Of a stretch of 64,000 bases of DNA, positions 25,466 through 39,861 are shown one piece after another. The position numbers and the translations under genes are program-made. Origin of the DNA: Mytilus trossulus (lineage: Eukaryota); the NCBI RefSeq assembly GCF_036588685.1, contig NC_086386.1, positions 47,554,001 to 47,618,000 of the forward strand, given 5' to 3'. Numbering within the stretch: the first letter of the stretch is position 1; every line of letters begins with the position of its first letter. The notes under the pieces were generated by a model, which was given only the letters and a program-made list of their open reading frames with translations, did not search any database and had not been told where the DNA came from.

Positions 25466-26427
25466 GAAAATGATTATATCAATTTCCAACAGTTAAGAGT
25501 ATTCGAGTTTTGTCGGCATATCAAACAAAACAAGTAAAATCTCCTGTAACATGCAACATATGTCAAATGATAGAACTAAAAAAAATGTAGCATTAAAACA
25601 TAGATATATAAAGAAAAACAACATTTGAAAAGTGATACTCGTGAATTTATATTTCTTTTACAATGCTCTAAGCTGCAATCAATGTTCTGTGGTTTCCTTT
25701 GATATCGTTTATGTGGTAAACATTAAAATGCTTCAGAATAAGAAAGATATTGCAGAAGATAAAAGGAATTATGGAAAGCTTAAAATTTCTTTAAAAATAA
25801 TAAAATAGCTTTAAATCAATACCGTATTCAGTTTTATAAATGTTTCGTCAAATTTAATTGTTTTGAAAAATTATTTTCTAACCCATATGTTTGTCCTAAA
25901 TCTGTGTCTACGGTTTTCTTAAACGTTAAACTATCTCAAAGAAAATACAGCTATCATATGAGTTGTCTTACAAAACAACCAACCCTCAAACACTATCTAT
26001 ATCAGATCACCGTGCAAAAATTGGCGATGTTACTCAGACGGACAGTTGTTAATTTCTGTGTCATTTTTGGTCTCTTGTGGAGAGTTGTCTCATTGGCAAT
26101 CATACCACATCTTCTTTTATATATATATAAAGTTGAAACTACACATAAGACAAATATTTCGGCACACTAAATAGCCTTCACAAGTTTTGGTATGTGTCGA
26201 CTATCTTCTTTCGATAATCTTCATAGACCGAAAGGCACATCAGTATTGGTATATGGAGTATGACATAAAATCCGTCCACGTTTACAGAGTTATTTGTCGA
26301 TATGTAAGGGAGACAATCATTTGTGCGTGTTATAAAATGTAAATTACAACGATATTAAGTAAAGGAAAACCTGATTTATGTAATTAAATGATAATACCAA
26401 AATTATTATTTGTATACTGGACAAACA

Positions 26428-26712
26428 GATATAGGAAGATGTGGTATGAGTGCCAATGAGACAACTCTCCATCCAAATAACAATTTATAAAAGTAAACCA
26501 TTATAGATCAAGGTACGGACTTCAACACGGAGCCTTGGCTCACAACGAACAGCAAGCTATAAAGGGCCCAAAAATTAGTAATGTAAAACCATTAAACCGG
26601 GAAAACCAACAGTCTAATCTATATAAAAACGAGAAACATGCCTGAACTACACAAACAAACGACAACTACTGTAAATCAGATTCCTGACTTAAGATAGGTG
26701 CAAACATTTGCA
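26428..26712 (+). repeat. Representative of an abundant dispersed family (gaagatgtggtatga.tgccaatgagacaactctcca)
   Basis: Related copies at about 5845-5995, 35125-35380, 38060-38190 and 38680-38745 (+), and 5225-5310, 26040-26120, 33490-33682, 43378-43510 and 44510-44700 (-). Confidence 0.8.
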
Positions 26713-27852
26713 GGTATGTTTCTCTGCATAGATGACATATTGCAGATCCTTTCACAAAACAAATTGCACGAGGTATTTTGTTAACTTCAAATACTTTACC
26801 AATCATAAACATTAAACCAATAACTGCCCTTTTACAAATAAAACGTAGAAATATAGAGACGAATATAATATGAGGCTGGTATGCCACATGTCACAGTGAT
26901 TGATTGAGCGACAGGCCAACAATCTATACCCGTCAAAAAAAGATAAAAAAATCGTAAAATATAAAGACTAAGAATATTGGAAAAGGAATAAAAAAAATTC
27001 AACCATTAAAATATGCGGTACGACCAGTTTGGCATCAACATAAATAGCTTCTCTGCATATATACAACATACAGCAGATCCGACCATAAGTAGATATGTAT
27101 TGTATGAAATGAAATCACAATATCAATCATTTTCATTAAACCAAAGAGATAGCTCTTTCACAGAACAAAACGTTTAAATAAAGAGACCAATATAATATTT
27201 AGACAGGTGTGTCATTTCGATTTATTGAGACACAGGCCAAAAATATATCCTCGAAAGAACTAAACATAAACGTTCTAGGAATGTGAACTGGAACCGTTCG
27301 CTCCCTATGCGACACACAGCGCTATTGTGAGTTATAAGTTGTTAATATCATATGTGAAAGAGGGCGAAATCTGCACAAGCAGCTTTTGAAATAGCATTAC
27401 TTATTTTTTCTAATGAAATTAATAAAATTACTTTACAGGCTTATGCTTAGGTCATCATTTTTTTTAACATTGTGCAATGATATTACAAAAAACACATTAA
27501 AAAACAGAACTAGTTATACACCAAAGTTATAAGCTTCAGAATCCAAAATACACACATCTCGAAAGACAGAATTATATAGAATTGCAGAAACCAAATTTCT
27601 CTAAAGAAACGGACAAAAGTTGTCTAGGATATGGTACGAATCTGATCCGTATTACCTTTTTGATGTGCTCCCGTTTGGTTTAGACATATAAAATAGAATT
27701 GAGTTGTCTCCCCTAAGCGTACTTTTTAAAAGTGTTGGAGAAATGTATGGTTGTTCAACAATCAACTTGCAATTAAAGCAAAAAAGGCACTGAAAATGTA
27801 TCATGAAAAGGTAGGATGGGTTATTACATATACAAATATTTGTCTATATTAC

Positions 27853-28821
27853 CTGCTTTTGCTCATATTTTAAGGCAAGTTTCAGTCTTGATAAAGTCAG
27901 TTTATCTTCATTTGGATTCCGTTCAAGTGCTGCACCGAAGCCGGAAAAATCCTCATCCGACGGATCACATTCTTTGTTTAAGACAGCTATTACTTCCTCA
28001 CTACTCCGACATTGGTCCAGCAAATCACATGAATATCGTCGACATTGGTCACGGAGTTCCATATAAGTATCCTTGAATTCGTTCTCACGGAGGGCTAGTT
28101 TTTCTAACGTATGTGATAATTTGAATGCGGTCAAAATAGGATCGGCACTCGTCAATGAAATCCAGGCTGGACTCGCCAAGGCTCGGAAAGTGTTAATACG
28201 AAATAAAGAATGACGTAGACTGTCTTTGTGAACCTGTTCTTGACAGGTTTTGCATGAACATGATAACTGATGTGGGGGATTAATATCTGCCCCTCTTAGC
28301 AAAAGTAGCTGTAGAATTTCAAACTGATTACAGTGCGCTGCCAACATTACTGGAGAAATATCAGATGAGTAATCGGAACTCTCTTCACCTTGTCCGTTAT
28401 TTTTCATTTTGGACCACTCGGAACCTAGCATGTTAGATTTGATTGACGGATGGTCAATTAGCATCTCCACAATCTTGTAAACGCCTTCTCTAATGGCGTA
28501 TAACAAGGCATCTCCAATTTCAACCCCATCCTGTTGAAGCAATATTTCTACGATTTCAACATTTTCGTTGTCAACAGCAATTTGAATTGCCGATCTTCCA
28601 AGCATATTTGTACAGTTAACGTTAACGGGATTTGGTTCATGTAAACAACGTACAACAGTGTGTTTATCTCCCCTTTCGACTGCCTCCAGGAAAATTCGTT
28701 CATTTGTATTTGACCTATGGGATACCTTTAAAGGCTCTAGTGGCATTTTGATTGGACGAATACGAAGTGAACGCTGTGAATACTGGGATGACATCCTCTC
28801 TGATATTGTTTTGATGCTCAT
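27853..28821 (-). CDS. TRPC: TRPC-family (TRPC4/5- or TRP-gamma-like) cation channel, coding exon 1: ankyrin repeats and Zn-binding motif
   Basis: ATG at 28821, preceded by acceptor tttttacag| (exon starts 28842). Ankyrin repeats (FLEAVERGD, LGRSAIQIAVDNENVEIVEILL, GDALLYAI, SPVMLAAHCNQFEILQLLL), HxxxCxCxxC motif, ALASPAWISLTSADPILTAF, LSRLKLALKYEQKQ. Donor CAG|GTAAT, phase 0. Confidence 0.95.
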
Positions 28822-29254
28822 TTTGATGATAGCTCAGTCTCACTGTAAAAATAAAAAAAACACATTTTTCTTAAATAAATCCCAGATCAATGTTTCAATG
28901 CGTGGTTATATTCATACAAAACTAAGAAAATAAATAAAAAAATCATTTCAAACGTTGTTACGAACGAAAACTATCAGGTAATCAGTTGTTGCAAACATCT
29001 CTTTTAAATTAAAACGTTTGCAGCAAGTTTCAACGATATCACTTCATCTTTTCATAAACATGGGGGAAAAAGTAAAAAAAGTCTTCAAACCCAGACAGTT
29101 GCAAGCTCGCCTGCATCGACAGGTTACGCGTCTCCATATTACAGGTGCATTAACCGCCTTGCGAATCCCCATTCAGTCAAAATGTCACAATCATTCTAGC
29201 TCAATGCGTTTATATTATTAGGAATTTCATATCTCATTTGTAACTTGTAGACCC

Positions 29255-30709
29255 AAAAAAGATGTAAAAGGTATATTTGAAAGACAGTTATCAGCCTTTT
29301 AAAAACTCTATTCCTTTGCATAGTTGTCTAATAGTGGTAATGCTTTTGAAAATTACATTGTAATATATTATTATGTATGGAAACACGCATGCAAAATCAA
29401 TTTCTAAAAATGATAGTAATAAAAGACTTGTAATATTGTCAATACAAAAATTTCTAATAAAATAAATGTTATGTTTTACAACATTTTTTAACAATAGAAT
29501 AGCAATGAAAATGACCACAGGGCCCTCTAGAAAATAATGAATTATGATCTTTATAGTATCCAGTTCAAACTCAGTTCTTCTTGAGATTATAAAATTGCTC
29601 GAATCAATCAATAAAAAAGGTCAAGTACTATTTCAATTAGGGAGCTACCATTTGATTTTTAGGGGGGGGACTAGGATGAATTTGAAAAAATAGGCAGGAC
29701 AGGAGTTTTGAGTAAAAAAAATGGCAGGATGAGACACTTGCAAAAAAAAAAGTCAGGATGACAATTTATGTAAAAAAAGTCAGGATAAACTAAAAAAAAA
29801 TCCCCCCCCATAAAAATCAAATGGTAGCTCCCTTATATTAATGATTTTTTTTTACCATTTGAAACCCTTAAATGCATTAAAAAACCCTATTTTGTCTAAA
29901 ACATCTTGTGACTGGCCGATGTTTTTTTAGTTTTAAGATAATTTTATGAATATGAAATATGGTTAAGTGCCAAATTAAAGCTCAAAAAAGATGTAAAAGG
30001 TATATTTGAAAGACAGTTATCAGCCTTTTAAAAACTCTATTCCTTTGCATAGTTGTCTAATAGTGGTAATGCTTTTGAAAATTACATTGTAATATATTAT
30101 TATGTATGGAAACACGCATGCAAAATCAATTTCTAAAAATGATAGTAATAAAAGACTTGTAATATTGTCAATACAAAAATTTCTAATAAAATAAATTGTT
30201 ATGTTTTACAACATTTTTTAACAATAGAATAGCAATGAAAATGACCACAGGGCCCTCTAGAAAATAATGAATTATGATCTTTATAGTATCCAGTTCAAAC
30301 TCAGTTCTTCTTGAGATTATAAAATTGCTCGAATCAATCAATAAAAAAGGTCAAGTACTATTTCAATTAGGGAGCTACCATTTGATTTTTAGGGGGGGAC
30401 TAGGATGAATTTGAAAAAAATAGGCAGGACAGGAGTTTTGAGTAAAAAAATGGCAGGATGAGACACTTGCAAAAAAAAAAGTCAGGATGACAATTTATGT
30501 AAAAAAAGTCAGGATAAACTAAAAAAAAATCCCCCCCCCCTAAAAATCAAATGGTAGCTCCCTTATATTAATGATTTTTTTTTACCATTAGAAACCCTTA
30601 AATGCATTAAAAACCCTATTTTGTCTAAAACATCTTGTGACTGGCCGATGTTTTTTTTAGTTTTAAGATAATTTTAAGAATATGAAATATGGTTAAGTGC
30701 CAAATTAAA
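29255..30709 (+). repeat. Near-identical tandem duplication, unit about 729 bp
   Basis: gatgtaaaaggtatatttg at 29261 and 29990; both copies end gtgccaaattaaa. Confidence 0.93.
29640..29833. mobile_element. MITE with AGGGAGCTACCATTTGATTTTTA TIRs (Kolobok-like); second copy at 30369-30563
   Basis: Near-perfect ~30-bp TIRs with TTA(A)-like flanks. A related relic lies at about 2063-2201. Confidence 0.78.
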
Positions 30710-32827
30710 TAAAAAATAAGACATTTTACATATAGGAGTGGTTTCCAATGAGACAACTGTCCACAACTATAACAACTATAACAAAAAGACTACGATGCAA
30801 TGTATCGATCTAACTGTTTCAAAGCAACAATTTATATATAAATCAAGTCTCCTGACTAAACTATCAATCAGTACACGTCCAGTGGATTTTGTGCAAAGAC
30901 GTCATAAGCAGTCTGAGAGAAAAAAAAACACTGACCTTATGCAATGCCAAAGAAAAAAGACTATTCATGTGCATAACTGGGTAGCAATATATACATTTTC
31001 ATGTTTCAGTTCATTAATAATAAAAGTTCCAAATAAAAACAATATTTAACCATTTTGAATTGGACTGTTATTTTTTTTTTAGAATATTTAGTATTCTCTG
31101 AACAGAAATAAAAGTCGAACTTACCGAGCATGTTGCGTCCGTTTTCCAATCATTTTCAAGAGTTTTAAAGTGTAACTATGAAGCGATACATTTATAACTT
31201 TGGTAAATTTCGTTTTGAAAAGTTTCAAAAATCCAACTAAAATAAAAGCTATACTAGTAAATGGAAATATTTTTCTTCATAATATATCTGGAATGTAGAC
31301 TTCGAACCATCGCCTATTCACTCCAAGGTTTCATAGTTAGCTGGAATACAAATGTCAACTAAATCACCTTACATTTCTGTGAAATTCTAATTAAACCTTT
31401 CTCGGATATAATATCTGACATTTGATAGATCACGCACAAATCAATACCACTTAATCACGACTAAAAATCGCCTTTACATAACATTTACATTCCATAAAAA
31501 GGAGGATTAAAAAAAATACACGTTATTTTCGCTTCTTTTTTTAGTTGTTCAAAAGGTACGGCAGAAAAAAGTCTTTTATAAAAAGTGTTTATATTCTATA
31601 AAAAGGAGAAACATAAAGTCTTCATAATAACATTGTACAGAAAATATTGAAAGTGGCCTTTACTACAATGATATTGCATGAAAAAGAAGGATTGGGGGGA
31701 AAAATTATAATTTTCGCTTTTCTTGCTATTCAAACTTGTGTTTACCTAGTAGAATTATATATAAAAAAAAGTTTGTGCACAATGTGACGTTGTTTTTAAA
31801 TATTTGTACAAACAACAAAATTTAAGTTACCTCACAACAGCTTCAGATTTATATACAGCAGAAGACATTAAGGTAGATGAACAACGATTGTTCAATAAAA
31901 AAAGTCGTATTTTGGACCCTTCGGACCTAATTTGAAGACAGGCCTTACAAAAACAATTTCTGTTAAATAAATAACTCTAATTCATAAAATAGCTTCAAAC
32001 CATAAATAAATTCAGGGACCTATATAAAGTGTATTTTCGAATAAATCAAATTGTTTTAATTTAACAACAGATATTAGCAGTTTTATCACAGGAATCGATT
32101 CTTAACTGATATTTCTTTTTTAATGTCAAATGAACCACAATACACAAAATAGTCTCTAGACTTGGACAGTTTAATAGAGAATGACGTTTTTCCATCTGTT
32201 TACTGTAAAAGATCGTATATTAGTCCTCTAATTGTCTTGTACTTTTGTTTCGATGTATTGCCTTTTTATTGGTAAAACCCTCACCTCTTTTTCTTTATGA
32301 AAGTGAAAATCAGAGCATCAAATCTGATAACTTCATTGAGTAAAATCAAAACAGCTAGGTTAATTTGTAAACAATGTATACCCGAGAAGAAAAGCCAAGT
32401 TAATAATCAACGGTTTTAATAGATTTCAAAAATCAATTACAACTTATAATGTTCCTTGTTCTAATCAACTTTCCGAATCATAGCTGTATTTCTTGAAGCA
32501 GCTAACATTTTTCTGAATTTTAGAAATATCGACCATTGACTGAAGATTAAAAAAGAATCAGCTGAGCAAATTAATTGCATCTGGTATACCTGAATACTGA
32601 CATATATTCTTATCAAATAGGATCATACTTTTCTTAAGATAAAAGTCACGACTTCAGTGCGTGGAAGTATGCTTTTAACAACTTTATAATCTTCTAGGAT
32701 GATAACTAGTGAGCACTAGTTCTTGACTCTAAAATGCAAGCCGGGTTGCATCACTGTGTTTAATTTGCTTCCAGCTTTGGGCAGATACATTTGCTTGCTA
32801 GGAAAAGTATAAAACCTCCATAACATT

Positions 32828-32986
32828 TAAGAATTGAATGCTTCTTTTTGTAAATTTATTGGGTGGTAAAAGCGTTGACCGAAGTACATTTTGTATGAAG
32901 CCCGGAAGCGCTTCATTCTAAAAATGTACGCACGGTCAACGCTTTTACAACCCTATAAAGTTTCAAAAAGAAGTATTCAATACTTA
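32828..32986. repeat. Long imperfect palindrome, core of a non-autonomous element
   Basis: taagaattgaatgcttcttttt..gtaaaagcgttgaccg / cggtcaacgcttttac..aaaaagaagtattcaatactta. Confidence 0.85.
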
Positions 32987-35900
32987 TAATTACATTTGTT
33001 TAGCTAAAATCATGAAAACACGATTTTTATCCAGTTTTATTTAATTCACCTGTGCACTTTTTTGTGGGACCTCGTGTCATCATGCATGATAAATGTTATT
33101 GTCTGATGCAATTGTTTACGGAATAACATGTTAGCCAATCAGAATAACGTATTATAATGAAACTTACATCTAATGTAATTATATATATATGTAAATAATC
33201 GTTTCTCCAATTGGGTACAAATTTTAGGCGTGTCAGCGGTTTTTTTTTTTTATCACGTGTTGGTTTCTAATCTAATTTAACAATGATGTCGGCGTAGATA
33301 TGATGATGTTACGGGAAAGTATAACAATCCAACATGTTTAGACGCTGAACGATTGAGAGCTTGGTTGGTACCTGTTTGTTGTTGATATAAAGGCCTCTCT
33401 ATGTCTGTTGATTATTTTTGTATCGTTGGGTTGCTGTCTAGTTGACGCTAACCTCACAATTCATTTTGTTCATGAATTCATTTATGCCAGGAACCTGTTG
33501 TTCAGTGGTTGTCTTTTATTTGTGTGATTCATATAATTATTTCTCGTCTCTCGTTTTTTATATAGACAAGGCTGTTGGTTTTTCTGTTTGAGTGGGTTTA
33601 CACTAGGCTAGTCATTTTTGTGTGCCCTCTTTATCTGACTGTTTGGTGGGAGTCAGGTAAGGCTCCGTGTTGAAGGCCGTAGTTATATGAAAAAAAACAA
33701 TGCCTTTAGAAAGGTGAGAAGAGAAGTACCTGTAAAAAGAAAATCAAACGGAGACAGATAATTAAGGATCATTTACCTTTACTGGATCTATTATTTATAT
33801 TAAATCGGAAAATATACTAGATAGTAGCTGTATATAGTGTTTGAGGTGATAAATAGTGAATAATTATACGTCATTATCCATACTGATCTTTGCAACAGCA
33901 TTGTCCAATATTTAGGCTATAAACCTATGAGGGTGTGCATGGGGGGTTACAGAAAAGAGAACAACGAAGTATAAAGAATGGAGAAAAATTGACCAAATAT
34001 TACAGAATAGAGAATAATAAGGAGCTCAAAGCTAATAGAGAAAAATGGGCTATCACACCACATCTTTCTATATCTAAGCATATAAAGAATACAAAAGAGT
34101 GGGGGAGTCTGAAATATTTAAAGAGATAAAAAAAAAAATGAAGGAACCCTTATCCGGAGCCTCACCTATGCAATTGTCTAAAAAGCTGATGGCGATAATG
34201 ACTATTATGTACTTGTCCAATGGTTGTGCTTTTTTTCATACAACCCTCAGCTGGTAAACACATATACCATTATTTTATCACGAGTAGGTTGAATTGTTAG
34301 CAAATATGTCATCGATTTTCTTTTTGTATTGTTTTATTGGCTTCTTCTATGTATTTTAATATTTTGAATGTATAGAACTACCCGGGCCCGGTCAGAGAGA
34401 ACATACTAGAAAATAAAACATATTTTGAAACAAAATAGTTCCTACGCATGTCAATTTTAATTTTTATTGTCTTCACTGCAAAATTATCAAAAAGGTTTTT
34501 GTTATTGTGTCCTATAATGGTTTGGGCGTGGCAGTTGTGATTGATTTTTAACATTGTGAATATTTTGTTAAATCTGATGTCTGCACCGAGATGTGATGTT
34601 TTCAATTCTGATTTCTAAAAATGTTCATAGACATTTTTCACTTTTTTTTATTTCATCCTTTATTAATTGTTTTCTTTGTTTTCACCCATTAATCTTTATT
34701 CCTTATTGTTAAGGTCGGTCGATTTTCTCGTTTCTTTATTTGTTTATTTACCCGTTTTTTCGTGGTCTTGGTGGTTTCTTTTCTATTCTATGAACCTCAC
34801 GCAGACCCTCACATAACCTCATGCAGACCCTCACATATGCCCATGATTTTGCATTTTTTGAAAACTGCATTTCTTCCCATAACCAAAGTGAGCAATTTTT
34901 TTTTTTATAAAAATCAAAATATAAAAAAAATTATAATTACAAATAGGTTTCACTGGAATGCTCCTCTATTCAAACAAAGATGTTTATACAAAAGTCAATA
35001 ATATGTAATCTCTTCAAAACGAGGTTTATTTGAAAATCATAAGTCTAGTAATTAAATAATCCAGAACGACTCCATAAAGGATTTAGATAAAAACTATGTA
35101 TAAATATACAGACATATAAAAAAAGAAGATGTGGTATGATTGCCAAAGAGACAACTCTCTACAAGAGAAGGACACGGAAATTAACAACTATAGGTCACCG
35201 TACGGTTTCTAACAATTTGCAAAGCCCATACCGCATAGTCAGCTATAGATGGCCCCGAAATGACAATGTAAAGCATTTCAAACTAGAAAACTAACGGCCT
35301 TATTTATGTAAAAAAAGTGAACGGAAAACAAATATGTTAAACATAAACAAACGACAATCACTGAATTAGAGGCTCCTGGTGTCAATAAAGAAAACATAGT
35401 CTAAGCTGTATGTGATTCAAAGATCCTAGTTTTTCATTGCCAAATTATTGATTATAATTATCGCGCATAACATAATGACCCCATTGGAAATAAGGTTTAT
35501 GATTCCATATAGGTCATCTTTGGGTTAAAGCAATAAATTATACCGTAGTTACTCACATCCATTGCTAAATCATGTATATCAAAACGACTTTTTAGTTATG
35601 TTTTACAAATCTAATTCGTATTCGACATAAACTGTTTTGCTAATTGAGCTCTATTTGGTGTAACGTTCGGGCAAATAGCAAGTCAATATTTGGGCTACAT
35701 TATGAAGTCGGCAATTTGGTGAGCTATAGTTGCTGAATTCTACATTGTTTGAACTCCGGTGGAGTTTTCTCATTGGTAATTATATCACATTTCATGTTTT
35801 TATTTGGGACAGTCCTCCAATGTACAGGTAAAATACATGTAAATAATATCTATATTTGTAATCAAATACTGATGAAATTAAGAATGAAAACGGGGAATGT

Positions 35901-37811
35901 GACAAAGAGACAACAACTCGATCACAGAGCAGAAAACAGCAAGGTCAGTATCGAACCATATAACTTAAAATGTGCACTATTTGAGTGAAAATGGACGTCA
36001 TGATAAACCACAAAACATATATAAAAAAAACATTAAATTAAATATCGTACATGAGTGACAAAGGCCTGAGGCTCCGGACAGGCGCAAAAATGCGACGGGA
36101 TTAGACATTTTTGTGAGTTCTCAATCCTCCCCGATTTGTTATTTCAATGACATATCATTATAAAATGTTATTGTTTTATGTATCTCTTACGTCTGCTGCA
36201 AACTCACCATGCGGAAGTGGACGTTTGATTTTGAGCAAGATAAGGTTTGTTACAAGAGTACACTACACATTGGTGAAAACTATGTACAATGTAGAGAATT
36301 TAAACAGCTCAGTTAATATATGAAAAAGTTAATCCAGTGGATTCATTGTTCTCTAAGATTGTTTCTAGTCCGGAATTTAAGGATAACAGCCTCTAACTGA
36401 AACTGTTATATTGCGATACTGCCTGATCCCAACTGTAAATATTGTAAAACTCTATGTTCTTTTCTTTTAAAACCATGCAGTATGGTTTCCCAATTAGGTA
36501 GGTTGTTTTTCTTACACATATTATTATTTTTTTAATAGCTATCTCCAATATTTCATTTCAAATATTGATGTAGATTTGTTTATCAGTTTTTTTTTCAGAT
36601 AAACAAGATAGATAAGCCCTAATGCCAAAAAAAGACTCCAAAAGTTTTCGACAAATTGATACCATGGTCACTCGTATTATCCCATTAGCAATAGGTCTTT
36701 TACTTGAATATATTATTGACATTTTCATTTATATCTTCTTCTTATCATTATCACTATTATTTTCTATTTGTTTAGAATATAAATAAGAAAAAAGTAGAAT
36801 GAAAAAGAAACCAAAATTTCTAAACGGAAAGTTCCTTATAAAATGGCAAAATCAAAAGCTCAAATACATCCAATGACTTGGAAAACAACTGTCATATTTT
36901 TGACTTTGTAAACGCTTCCTTATGTAGAACATGGTGTATTAAACCGGGTTTATAGCTAGTTAAACCTCCTACTTGGTTGAAATACCTTACACGCACACAT
37001 ACACACGCAATATGAGTAAAATGATCCATAATTCAGTGGACACGAAACCTGCTTCTAGAATAACCCTTCTCGGAATGATATGAGTAAAAAGTGAACAAGC
37101 CAAAAATGAATAACAAAAAATGCTTATGAGCATAAAAACTAAAAATACCTTTTATAGAAGACCAAAACCATAAACATATCAACTTAACTGAAGAAATTGC
37201 AACCTTTGTTTTCTAATAAGTTATACCGGTATTATATATATTTATAAAAATATAATTGTAAAGAAAAAAAACTTACTTTTTTTTTATATAGTTATCAGAA
37301 AACTATCAAGTAGAAATTCCATGTAGATCTGTTTTGATAATGTGAACGTAGAAATTCTTTTACTTATAATTTTCATTAAAAGTAAACTTATTAAAAGCAA
37401 TATGATATAAGAATAATGATAGCCTACCTTCATACCTGCCGGGTGTGGTATAACATCTGATATTTTACCTGCCGGGTGTGGTATAACATCTGATATCCTT
37501 ACCTGCTGATCAATATCTGTTGCATTTCAATACATTATGTCTATAACTGTTAGACTTACCTGTGCTTTACGTCAAATAGAATTGTTTAAGAGTTATCACA
37601 GATAAACTAATGTATAGATATATATAATTAATGATATTGCTTTAACCAATACGTGTACAAGTATTTTCATTTGAAGTGTATTATATCTATAAACAATTGG
37701 GAATAGGGAAGTTCTATGTATGGTTGTATCATGTTATTAAAATTTGGTGTTAAAATTAAAGAATGCGTCTCGATTATGCAAAGCTCTGATTTTTAATTGT
37801 TTTGGCCACAA

Positions 37812-37855
37812 GCATCACTGAAGAGACAATGATTGTCGATATGTACATCTGATGC
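37812..37855 (+). ncRNA. Third-family type I hammerhead with perfect helices and a GAAA->GATA core mutation
   Basis: gcatca CTGAAGA gacaa-tga-ttgtc GATA tgtaca TC tgatgc. Confidence 0.75.
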
Positions 37856-38245
37856 CAAAAAAAAATGATACCGTGTATGTCATTGTAAGCTATTTTTTGT
37901 TTACGATTGCTACTCGCCCTCCAAAAGAGTTTCGGTAACAAATGGTGTCAACACTTTGTCCTCCTCTGTGAAGAGTATTTAGCACCAACAGGTGTTTTGT
38001 TATTCTTTAATTTGGTCAATTTAGTTATTCTTTCTTTCTAGTATAGATTATCGTTGAACATTGGAAATGTGATATGATAGCAAATGAGATATCTCTCCAC
38101 AAGACATCTAATCGAAGAAATTAACAACTTTAGGCTACCGTACGGCCTTCAAATATTAGCAAAATCCAATACCGTATAGTCATTTGTAAAAAGTTTTTAA
38201 ATTTTGTAAAAAAATGGATATAATAATAGTCTCTCATTATTCTTT

Positions 38246-38452
38246 ATAGAATGCATGGCGCATGTATATGTATAGAATGCATGGCGCATGTATATGTATA
38301 GAATGCATGGCGCATTTATATGTATAGAATGCATGGCGCATGTATATGTATAAAATGCATGGCGCATGTATATGTATAGAATGCATGGCGCATGTATATG
38401 TATAGAATGCATGGCGCATGTATATGAATAGAATGCATGGCGCATGTATATG
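38246..38452 (+). repeat. 26-bp minisatellite, about 8 copies
   Basis: Unit atagaatgcatggcgcatgtatatgt. Confidence 0.95.
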
Positions 38453-39861
38453 ATTACTTTATTCAAGCTAATGATATGTTACTCCTAGTTTTAATGTAAG
38501 CTTTGTTTTATGTATGTATACGAATGTTTATGTTGTACAGGCGGTAGGTCTAATAAATGATTGAATCTGAATTTGCATCTGCTTCGTCATGTACATATTT
38601 TGCTCTCTCTCTGCACCTAAGTATCTGCAATGATTATGAGAATAAAAATATTGGTGATAAAGATATTGACCATATATAGATATAAGAAGCTATGGTATGA
38701 GTGCCAATTAGACAACTCACCATCCAAGTCACAATTTGTAAAACGTATACTCGTTAAAGGAAATATTCTTGTTTGGAAAACCTACCATAATAAGCAACAC
38801 TTCTAATTACCTATTGTTATAGAAACGCCAATTAAGGATATAGTCTTTTATTGCATACAATACTGATTTGAATTATCACCTGGGAACCATTGTATGTATT
38901 GATATATCTATGTAACACTGATAATTCTATGTATGTAAAGATAACAATGGTTTTACACTTTAAGGTATATTGCACTACATACAAACAATAAAGGTGAATA
39001 ACAAAATGGCTGATAAATATGGAAAAATAAGAAAATTAGTAGCAAAACATGCCTTCTGTTTGTTAAGGTCAAATGTAATTAGGACAACTTTTGATATACA
39101 GTTATGTAATGGATTTTAGCATGATTGTTGAAATCTAATTTTAATGTTTTAATAAAACACAAAAATCATTGACATAAAAACTATAAATTGCGGTGTTTAG
39201 AATATTTCAATTTTATTCTTTCCTAGAACTTCGAATTCTGTGTTTGCATCAGTCATTGCCTGCAAGTAGATAGTCCTGTCCTTTTTAAAGATAATATGTG
39301 GGTGGACATATTACAGGAGACTGAAGGAGAGCATACATTTTTGGATAATTTTTACCCATGATGACTCTTCTCCAGTATCAGTTGTTATTTACATATAAGT
39401 ATAGTTGTTATTATAGCAACTTACGAACGTGCTTTTAGATACAATATATCTAAGAGGTAAGACAAAAATTTCCTAGCTTCAAATTTTATGGACAGGGTAG
39501 TCATTCTATTATCATGGCCTTCGTATACCCCTCAATATCTTTCATTTTTCTGAACAAGCACAGACTATTTAGCAGTGGACTTTAAGCAGACATCAATCAA
39601 TCGATCTTGATATATTTGTTGTCATCTACCACATTTACGATTAAAATTATGTTCGTTTTTTTCATTCAGTGTTTTGCAAAAACAGCTGAAACAGCCACAG
39701 CTTGCATTCTATGAGAACCAACTTTATATTGCTATAGATAGCTCATGTTTCAGATAAATATAAATATCTGTAAAACGAAAAAGCTGATGATGAAATCGAA
39801 GCAAGGAAATCACAATATGCTATGCAAACATCCTACTATAGTGTTATTATATGCAGATGTA

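Noticed and set aside
38197-38466. Repetitive ORFs or a CRISPR-like array
   Set aside because: Head-to-tail 26-bp minisatellite with no unique spacers; the ORFs are by-products.
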